Assembly (NCBI GenBank): GCA_963713605.1
Contig: CAVQMO010000001.1
Coordinates: 1-64,000 of the forward strand
Origin: an uncultured Nitrososphaerales archaeon
GTDB lineage: Archaea > Thermoproteota > Nitrososphaeria > Nitrososphaerales > Nitrososphaeraceae
Length of the DNA stretch: 64,000 nt
Reading direction: 5' to 3'
A program made the translations under genes and the position numbers. Below are positions 55,758-64,000 of this stretch, piece after piece. The notes under the pieces are model-generated. The model was not told where the DNA came from, made no database searches, and saw only the letters and a program-made list of their open reading frames with translations. Numbering within the stretch: the stretch's first letter is position 1; every line of letters starts with the position of its first letter.

Positions 55758-57960
55758 TCATTCTTTATCTATGAATTCGTCTGGATTTGGTGGGTCTGGA
55801 TTTAGACCCTTTCTTTTTCGTATGTCTGCGACTAGACTTTTTAAAATGGATTGGGGGACTGGCTGCCAGGATTTAAAATAGGTACTCCACAAAGCTTTTC
55901 CGGCGGTACCACCACGCATAACCTCAGAAAGGTCGAACGTTTCAGATGCAGGAACTTCGCCTTGGATAATTGTGATAAGTCCCTTCTGATCCACGTTAAT
56001 CAATTTGCCTCTCTTACTCGAGAGAATTCCTGCTACTGTACCAATCTGTTCCTGAGGACATTTTACCTCAATGCCAAGAATCGGTTCGAGTAAGGTGGGA
56101 TCTGCTATCAGCATTGAGCCAAGCATGGACCTACGTGTTGCCGGCATTAACTGAGCTAACCCTCTATGTGCAGGATCCTCGTGAGGAACAAAGTGATGTA
56201 ACACAAATTTGACTCCTCTCACGGTCTCATGTGCAATTGGTCCAGAATGTGTCACATCGTCAAACCCTGACCTAATGGAATCCATGGATTCTTGAATAAA
56301 TTGAACACCTTTTGTCTCATCAATAAGCATGTTTCCAGTTACGTCTAGAGCAGCGACGCTACGTGCCTCATCTGCACTCCATCCTTTTTCACGAAGGAGC
56401 CGAGCCATTTCCTTCTTGTCCATATCTTCTTTAATTTGCCCGGTCCTTATCATATCAATAATATCCTCATTTAGTGGCTCCACTCGCATGAAGATTTTGT
56501 TATGCTTATTAGGAGATTTGCTCATGATAGGGCTTGTTTTATATCTGCTGGTTTCACGATAGTTGATTAATGGCTGAGTCGTAGTTATTTCCAAACCTGC
56601 TTCCTGCAAAAGAGAGGTAGCAATTTCCAGATGAAGAACCCCCATGCCTGCCATCAGCGTTTCACCTGACTCCTCATTGATTTTTACAATCAGATTAGGA
56701 TCTTCAACTGTGATCTTCCTTAGGGCTTCAACTAATTTAGGCAGATCTCTTGGATGCTTAGGTTCGACTGCTATCGTTACAACTGGCTCTGAAACATATT
56801 TAATTGATTCAAAAGGCTGGAATTGACTTCACTGAAGAAATTGTTTCACCTGCGACAGCATAATCCAATCCAAGTAGTGCTGGAATATTTCCTGCAGGCA
56901 ACATGTTTACTAGTTCGCGGGTATTTCCCATATAGATATTCACGGATTGAATTTTTCCTGGCCGCTTTGCATCGATCAGATATGCTTCATCTCCATCTTT
57001 CACGGTACCTGAGAAAAGTCGTCCTGTTGCTATTCTACCTGCCTGAGGATCAACATTAATCGTTGTCACCATCATTACTACTGGACCTTTGTCATCACAG
57101 GAAATGAGAGATTTACCGAGTTCGGAATTCAAATCGCCAGGCCAAATTTTGGGAATTCGATACCGTTGAGCAACGTGAGGAGGTGGATGGTGTTCAACTA
57201 CCATCCCGAGAACGGCTTCATGCAGTGGTGCCCTCTCTGCCAGGTTCTTGATTGCTGAAGGATCATCAGAGGTATATGCATCGTAGACATCCTTAAAACT
57301 GACTCCTTTTTTCTGTGCAACTTTGAAATTAAATCCCCATCTATCCTTGGCTGAGCCAAAAGCAACGCTATTTCCTTGGATACCGACCTTCCATTTTTCT
57401 TTGATCTCAGGCTCTGCGTAAATATCAATCAAATGATTGAAGTCGGCGATGATATTAGATAACCACCTTTGCATTGCTGCGGCATCCAATCTCAATTCCT
57501 TTACCAGTCTGTCAATCTTGTTTATGTACAGGACGGGTCTTACCCTCTCTTCTAAAGCCTGCCTCGTCACTGTCTCGGTCTGTGTCATTATCCCTTCGAC
57601 GGAGTCTGAAACCACAACCGCACCGTCAATCGCCCGCAGCGCACGGGTAACCCTTCCAGTAAAATCTATGTGCCCGGGTGTATCAATCATGTTAATCACG
57701 TACTCTTTCCCCTCTTTTTCGTAGTACAAAGTAACATTAGCCCCTCTAATTGTCATCTGCCTATTCTGCTCAAGCTTCATTGAATCTAATGCAAGAGCCT
57801 GCCCTGCAATTGACGGCGAGATAATTCCTGATGCCGCCAAGAGGCTATCACTCATAGTAGTTTTGCCATGATCAACATGAGCAATGACCCCAAAATTGCG
57901 AATCTGCTCTTTATTTCCTATAATTCTAAGGATATCCTGGGTCGATTTGAATTTAGGCAT
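55758..57960 (-). CDS. fusA: Archaeal elongation factor 2, frameshift near 56812
   Basis: AHVDHGKTT, DTPGH, NKID, GMGVLHLE, HEDPAHRG (diphthamide loop). Confidence 0.97.
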
Positions 57961-58450
57961 CTATTCAGTCAGAAAATTTTGCTGGAGGTCTATTAAACGT
58001 TCCTTTGTCCTAAGTTCCCCGCATTCTATAGATACTGAATGCTTGTTCTGTAGAGGGAAATCAGGTCAACGCTGATTTGTGTCCGCGTCAATTGGGTACC
58101 GATTGGGAATGTGGTCAATGAAAGTACGGTAAACAAAGCTTCCTTGAGAGCTACTCGTGATTCATCACGACCAAAGTTCTCCCAAATGTCGCCTGACAGC
58201 ACCTCATTTTCGGAACAGTCAAATATTCCATTGCCCTTGCCCGCATGCTGCCAACATATTCATCCAATTTTTGCAAAAATAAAAAGGAGCGATATGGGCC
58301 GTAAATTTTTGGTAGTCAAGTAGGGTAAACTTAAACCAAGAATTCAGCCTTTCTGAAAATTAGTAACATTGAGTACTAATTGGCTTCACACTAACTTGCG
58401 AACACAAAATTATAAGTAAGGGGGAAGGGGCACCAGTAGATATATTCCGC

Positions 58451-59689
58451 ATGAACGGCGAAAATATCCCTACCAGTAGGCGTCCCACAATAGAGGATAT
58501 ATCCACAGCAAGAAGTTCACTTGACATGAGTATAAGAAAAACTCCATTACACAAATCTGATACGTTTTCAAGGATGGTGGGCACGGATATATTCCTCAAG
58601 CTGGAGTGTTTACAAAAGACAGGATCGTTTAAGGTTAGAGGTGCTTTTACCAAGTTAAATTCTCTGTCTGACAAGGAGCGATCCAATGGAGTAATTGCAG
58701 CTTCAGCAGGGAATCATGCCCAAGGCCTTGCCTACGCTTCTTCCAAAGAAAATATTCATTGTACTATTGTAATGCCTAGAAATGCCTCCCCTGCTAAAGT
58801 CGCCGCAACTAGGTCTTATGGAGCTAGGGTGATCCTTTCAGGTGAGAATTATGATGCGTCGTGGGATGAAACGGTTCGTATCGCAAAGGAGCAAAGGCTT
58901 ACAATTGTTCACGCATTTAACGATGGCCAGGTAGTATGCGGGCAAGGAACAATCGGCTTGGAGCTACTTGAGGATTTGAATGATTTTGATAGGATCTACT
59001 TGCCCATTGGGGGGGGTGGATTGGCAGCCGGAGTAGCTATCGCAGTAAAAGCAAAGAGGCCCAATGTTAAGATTATTGGAGTTGAATCGGAAGCATTTCC
59101 TTCAATAAAGGAATCTATTGCCAAAGGTAAATTGCAGACCATAAACTCAGGCTATACTATAGCAGATGGCATCTCAGTGAAATCACCGGGGGAGTTGACA
59201 TACGAAATAATAAGGGACTTGGTTGATGATATTGTGCTAATAGATGATACCTCTATCGTCAAGACCATGTTCCTGTTAATGGAACGAGCAAAGCTGGTAG
59301 TTGAACCTGCTGGAGCAGCTAGCCTAGCGTACCTTGTGTCCAACGGTTACGCCAAAAAGGATGAAAAGGTAATCGCCCTCTTATCTGGCGGAAATGTTGA
59401 CATGTACCTATTGGGACAGGTTGTAGCGAAGGGTCTAATGTATATGGGCAGAATGCTTAAAATATTTATTCAATTGCCAGACAAACCAGGAGCATTGAAG
59501 AATGTGGTTGACTGCATAGCTGGCTTGAGTGTGAATATTGTCGAAGTTGAACACGATCGACTAAGCTCTAACATTCCTGCGGGAACAGCAGGTGTCTATT
59601 TGAGCCTAGAGGTTGAAGATATCTCTCATGAGGAACGTCTCATAGACCGGCTTAAGAACCAAGGTATTAAGTTCAAAGTACTTAGATGA
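58451..59689 (+). CDS. ilvA: Threonine ammonia-lyase with C-terminal ACT domain
   Basis: KTGSFKVRGA, SAGNHAQG, GGGGL, SGGN, LPDKPGAL. Confidence 0.93.
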   Translation: MNGENIPTSRRPTIEDISTARSSLDMSIRKTPLHKSDTFSRMVGTDIFLKLECLQKTGSFKVRGAFTKLNSLSDKERSNGVIAASAGNHAQGLAYASSKENIHCTIVMPRNASPAKVAATRSYGARVILSGENYDASWDETVRIAKEQRLTIVHAFNDGQVVCGQGTIGLELLEDLNDFDRIYLPIGGGGLAAGVAIAVKAKRPNVKIIGVESEAFPSIKESIAKGKLQTINSGYTIADGISVKSPGELTYEIIRDLVDDIVLIDDTSIVKTMFLLMERAKLVVEPAGAASLAYLVSNGYAKKDEKVIALLSGGNVDMYLLGQVVAKGLMYMGRMLKIFIQLPDKPGALKNVVDCIAGLSVNIVEVEHDRLSSNIPAGTAGVYLSLEVEDISHEERLIDRLKNQGIKFKVLR

Positions 59690-60079
59690 AGGGATAAGAC
59701 TTGTTTTATAAGAGAGTTTTATTAGAGGGCTTTTATTTGACTCTTACCTCTTCAGAATTCGGTGAGAAGTGATTTGAGGACTCATTCTCAATGGGCTATA
59801 ACTTCAGCCGTATGCTAATCAATTTGTGTAGTTCACAATTGAGGTCGCTTGTTTTACATGTCATTTAATCATTTTCTAGCCCTTTGTCATACTGGTATGT
59901 TTTCTATAAGAATCCTAACTAACAGCCTGTTCTCATTCTTAGGATCAGGTTGGGTATCTGTAGAAACTTTTGCAAGAATCCATACCTTGGACAATCAAAT
60001 GATTTGGCTCAATACAATATATTAGATTAATATTCCAAACGTCCTAACAGGAAGATTCTTTCTGCCTATAGCAATATCA

Positions 60080-61546
60080 TCATACATCTGCATACATCGA
60101 AAATTCGTGTGGATGAGGTCTCACAGCTACCTCATTGTATTCATTAATTTCTTGTTCTAAGATCGTATCAATTGTATCATCGCTAAGTATTGGCTTCAGG
60201 AATTCTCTGTCACTACGTAATTCTTCGCAAGCATCACGTAAACTAGTTGGCAGTTGTCTTATGCCGAGTTCAGTTCTTCTTTTAGGGGTCATTTTAAAAA
60301 TATCCTCATCTATTGGGTCTCCTATTGAGCTACGCTTGTTGATACCATCAAATCCAGCGGCCATTATTGCTGAAAAAGCCAGGTATGGATTACAAGAAGG
60401 ATCGGGTGCTCTAAATTCAAGTCGCTTAAGGGCCGAGAACCTTTCACCCCTGTAGTGGGCAGGGACCCTAATAATGGCCGATCTATTTCCGGTACTCCAT
60501 GAGATATATACAGGGGCTTCATACCCTGGAACCAAACGACGGTATGAATTTGTAGTTGGAGCAACTATGGCAGCGAGCGCAGATGCATGATCTAATACTC
60601 CACCTCCAAAATTCCTTGCAAGCTCAGATACTTCTGCATAATTATCATTTGCATCAAAAAAGAGATTTTTGTTATCTTTCCACAGGCTTACATTAACATG
60701 CATCCCCGACCCATTATCCAACGCAATAGGCTTTGGCATCATTGTAGCAATCATGCCATGTTTCTTGGCTACATTTTTCACAATATATTTATAACTTTGT
60801 ACCGAATCTGCGGAATTAACCAGAGTATCGTATCGAATATCGATTTCACACTGACCGGCCGTTGCTACCTCGTGGTGGTGGGCATCACAGACAATCCCAA
60901 AGTTGTTGCTTAGCACATCTACACATTCATTTCGATACTCCATGAGACTATCTCCTGGGGCACTGGGAAGGTAGCCTTCTTTCAAACGAAGAGCGTAACC
61001 AGCGCCTTCTGCTGACCAAGGTGATTCCCTGGAAGTAATTTTATAGCTCTGGCCATGATACGGAGTCATGGTATTTACCTCAAGTTTGTCGAACACAAAA
61101 AACTCAACTTCGGGGCCCCAGTAAGAGTATTCATAGCCTTGCTTGCGAACATATTTCTCTGCCTTATCTGCAATTCCTCTGGGATCTCTGACAAATGCAT
61201 CCCTTCTAGAATCTCCTTTAATAACATCGCAAATCAATCGGGCAGTCTGATCCTTTTCGAGCCATGGGATAGTAGCGTATGTAGAGGCGTCAGGCATTAT
61301 TATTAAATCGGATTCCTGTATTTCTGTGAATCCACGTATCGATGATCCATCGACTTTCGGGAGCCCAATTTCGAAATCTTCAACGCGAAACATATTTGCA
61401 GCCACAGTAGTATGATGAAACCGTCCTGTTAAACCAGTAAACTGTAGATCAATGAATTTGATTTTATCAACCCTCAATCTACGCATCACTTCGCTTGGAG
61501 TAAATGACAAAGGTTCTATTCTACCGTCAGTAACTTTATACGGCAA
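60080..61546 (-). CDS. glnA: Glutamine synthetase type I
   Basis: DGSSIRGF, GPEVEFF, HHHEVA..GQCEI, NGSGMH, RLVPGYEAP, LEFRAPDP. Confidence 0.97.
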   Translation of the reverse strand: MPYKVTDGRIEPLSFTPSEVMRRLRVDKIKFIDLQFTGLTGRFHHTTVAANMFRVEDFEIGLPKVDGSSIRGFTEIQESDLIIMPDASTYATIPWLEKDQTARLICDVIKGDSRRDAFVRDPRGIADKAEKYVRKQGYEYSYWGPEVEFFVFDKLEVNTMTPYHGQSYKITSRESPWSAEGAGYALRLKEGYLPSAPGDSLMEYRNECVDVLSNNFGIVCDAHHHEVATAGQCEIDIRYDTLVNSADSVQSYKYIVKNVAKKHGMIATMMPKPIALDNGSGMHVNVSLWKDNKNLFFDANDNYAEVSELARNFGGGVLDHASALAAIVAPTTNSYRRLVPGYEAPVYISWSTGNRSAIIRVPAHYRGERFSALKRLEFRAPDPSCNPYLAFSAIMAAGFDGINKRSSIGDPIDEDIFKMTPKRRTELGIRQLPTSLRDACEELRSDREFLKPILSDDTIDTILEQEINEYNEVAVRPHPHEFSMYADV

Positions 61547-61744
61547 TGGAATATCCTATGTTAGGACACAGATCCCATAATTAAGCTTTCAAGGCATAGT
61601 CTGACCCATAAAATATGTCGAATATATTATAAACGTGATGTATTAAGTCAACCGTGTTTTCAAAATGTATAAAGTAAAAGGTAATGGTTCATTTGAAAGA
61701 TACTTCATAACAATTTTATTCTTTCAGATCAATTGCAATCACTG

Positions 61745-63115
61745 ATGCCTATCCTACCCTTAGATAGTGGTCGCTATGGAAGCAAAGAAATTCGAGAAAT
61801 ATTTGATGACAATTGCAAATTAGACTACCAGTTGAAATTTGAAGCTGAAGTTGCTATGGCACAAGGCGAATTAGGAGTGATCCCAGAAAATGCCTCCAAG
61901 GAAATTGCAGATGTCGCGAATTCTAGTAGAATAAGTTTGAAACGAATAAAAGAGTTGGAGTCGATTAGTGAACACGATACCGCTGCATTCGTAGAATCCG
62001 TCGCGGAAGAATGTTCAGAGGTGGCTAAGCCATGGGTACATTATGGCTTAACGAGTAGCGATATAGTCGATACAAGTACTTCTTTGCAATTAAGGGACTC
62101 GTTGAAGATTATCGAAAACAAATTACTTAGGTTAGCAAGGGTCCTATCGGATCGTGCTTTGCAATTCAAAGATTTGCCAGCAGTTGGTAGGACTCATGGT
62201 CAGCATGCCAGTATAATTGCTTTCGGTCTTAAGTTCGCAGTCTGGGCATCAGAAATTGTCCGGCACTTGGAAAGAATTGACGAGGGGAAAAAGCGCTTTC
62301 TGGTTTGCAAGACGCTGGGAGTAGTTGGAACAGGATCTGTGATGGGCAAACGTGCGTTAGAAGTGCAGAGATTAGTCGCTGACAGATTGGGCCTATTTCC
62401 GGTCGATTCTGCCACACAAGTAGTCTCTCGGGAACGATATGCAGAAGCCCAGTTTTTCCTCGCTCTTATAGGAACAACTTTGGACAGGATGGCAGTTGAA
62501 ATTAGAAATTTGCAGAGAACAGAAATTGGAGAAGTTTCTGAACCCTTCAAAAGAGGTCAGATGGGAAGTAGCGCGGTTCCAGTTAAACGCAATCCCATCA
62601 AAAGCGAGAGGATTTCATCTCTCTCCAGACTCTTGCGAGCGCTGGTAGGTGTTGCGATGGAAAACGTATCTCTTTGGCACGAACGTGATTTGTCAAACTC
62701 GGCCAACGAAAGATTTACCATTCCTATGACAGTTATTCTATTGGATGAAATGTTAAATTTGATGACAAATGTCATCAGCAATTTGGAGATTCACAACGAA
62801 AGAATTATTTCGAATTTGAAAATTACAGATGGCCAAATCTACGCTGAATTCGTGTTGGATCTGCTGATAAAGAAGGGTATTCCTCGATTTGACGCTTATC
62901 GAGGCATCCAAAGAGTTGCTTTCTCAGCAATCGAAAATAAACAGTCATTTCTCGACGCTATTCGAAATGATTCAGAATTGGGAAAACGTTTGATGTCAGA
63001 AGATTTAATCGACATTTTTGAACCAGGCAAACATCTTTCAGCATCGACAACAATAATTGAAAATATAGCAAAAATGGTCTATGATGCACAGCTCAAATAT
63101 GCTCAGCCAGCTTAA
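61745..63115 (+). CDS. purB: Adenylosuccinate lyase
   Basis: HYGLTSSD, GRTHGQHA, GSSAVPVKRNP, HERDLSNS. Confidence 0.95.
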   Translation: MPILPLDSGRYGSKEIREIFDDNCKLDYQLKFEAEVAMAQGELGVIPENASKEIADVANSSRISLKRIKELESISEHDTAAFVESVAEECSEVAKPWVHYGLTSSDIVDTSTSLQLRDSLKIIENKLLRLARVLSDRALQFKDLPAVGRTHGQHASIIAFGLKFAVWASEIVRHLERIDEGKKRFLVCKTLGVVGTGSVMGKRALEVQRLVADRLGLFPVDSATQVVSRERYAEAQFFLALIGTTLDRMAVEIRNLQRTEIGEVSEPFKRGQMGSSAVPVKRNPIKSERISSLSRLLRALVGVAMENVSLWHERDLSNSANERFTIPMTVILLDEMLNLMTNVISNLEIHNERIISNLKITDGQIYAEFVLDLLIKKGIPRFDAYRGIQRVAFSAIENKQSFLDAIRNDSELGKRLMSEDLIDIFEPGKHLSASTTIIENIAKMVYDAQLKYAQPA

Positions 63116-63144
63116 TATAGACTCCGCATCAATTGGTCGAAAGC

Positions 63145-63924
63145 CTAAAGACATTCTCGTTGATTACGATGATTGTGCTTAGTAAAATATTTGTGAATCA
63201 AAGAACCATATTGTAATGCCTTTTTGGGTTTCATAGCAGCTTCCTGTGGTATACCCATATCTAATGCAAGCCTACGTATGATATGTTTCCTAAGCATATC
63301 GTTTTCGCTCTTTATTTTCTCCCCGATTGGAATTGTGTTGGCAAATTCGATGAACTTCTCTGACAGAAATGGTTTTTTAATAGTTACTCCGTGATAAGAG
63401 GCTACTATTGCAATTTCCTCCATTAGTAACAGTTCATTTAGAATCATTCCGTGCATAAGTTCCATAATGCCAGATTTACCATATTTATACACAAATCGAT
63501 ATTGATTGTAGCCACAGAAAAGTTCGTCTATTCCATTCGCAGTCAGTACTATATTGAAACCATTTTCTTTAGCCAGACGAGCTACATATAAATAGGCAAT
63601 GCAGTTTTCCAAATGTGACACAATTCCGCAATTGATTCTCTGTTTTACCCTATTGAGGATTTCATAAAATTCATCCTCTTGGATAATATGTTTCTTGTAA
63701 GGGATCAGCAGCTGGGAAGCAATAGTCTCGGAAAAAATCATATCATGTGAGCCCGCAAATCCCACCGTCAATAAAGTCACTGACCTATTCAAATCTCTAC
63801 ACATCTTTGCAAGCACTGAACTATCAAGTCCGCCAGAGAAGGCTACTGCTACGGATTTCTCCTCTCCTAAAGAAGCTTTTAGTTCATCCTGCATTACTTT
63901 GTATAGTTGGGTAAACAGTTTCAA
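63145..63924 (-). CDS. Asparagine synthase C-terminal-domain protein
   Basis: AFSGGLDSS, ANGIDELFCGY, RKHIIR, KKALQYGS. Confidence 0.85.
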   Translation of the reverse strand: MKLFTQLYKVMQDELKASLGEEKSVAVAFSGGLDSSVLAKMCRDLNRSVTLLTVGFAGSHDMIFSETIASQLLIPYKKHIIQEDEFYEILNRVKQRINCGIVSHLENCIAYLYVARLAKENGFNIVLTANGIDELFCGYNQYRFVYKYGKSGIMELMHGMILNELLLMEEIAIVASYHGVTIKKPFLSEKFIEFANTIPIGEKIKSENDMLRKHIIRRLALDMGIPQEAAMKPKKALQYGSLIHKYFTKHNHRNQRECL

Positions 63925-64000
63925 GATCGTAAATGAGGGCTTAGGTTATTTTACTAAGTTGATTTCATACTTGTATTCTAAATTTCTTAGCTTTATCAAA

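Noticed and set aside
55758..57960. Split EF-2, and similarly argF, ftsY, chaperonin, ppa, SSS, CDF and CHAD, as programmed frameshifts or pseudogenes
   Set aside because: Scattered single-base shifts, several in short homopolymers and in essential genes, are best explained by sequencing indels

Overview
Archaeal DNA, most likely from a soil ammonia-oxidising archaeon (Nitrososphaeraceae). The evidence is archaeal EF-2, prefoldin alpha, thermosome, SUI1, MpgS, FtsY with a C-terminal extension and several families I recall as typical of this lineage. Single-base frameshifts hit many genes, including EF-2 and argF, so the assembly probably carries indel errors and split genes should not be read automatically as pseudogenes. 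About 1-36 kb is mostly accessory: a tyrosine-integrase element abutting a truncated yjbQ, a dispersed HTH module in two copies, a repeat-flanked pentapeptide gene, secreted proteins, a run of micro-ORFs with a collagen-like remnant, and a putative polyphosphate cluster (CHAD, Lys-rich protein, two SixA, CYTH-like, PPase). About 38-64 kb is mostly housekeeping (terC-like, SelD-like, udgB, MFS, CDF, argF, ftsY, pfdA, mpgS, EF-2, ilvA, glnA, purB). The best candidate for an undescribed system is at 28.7-38.2 kb: a Na+/solute symporter, a divergently transcribed group II chaperonin with a His-rich tail, and a ureohydrolase translationally coupled to an orphan urease-gamma-like protein. No rRNA, tRNA or CRISPR array was recognised. 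All family calls are by eye from motifs; no searches were run.
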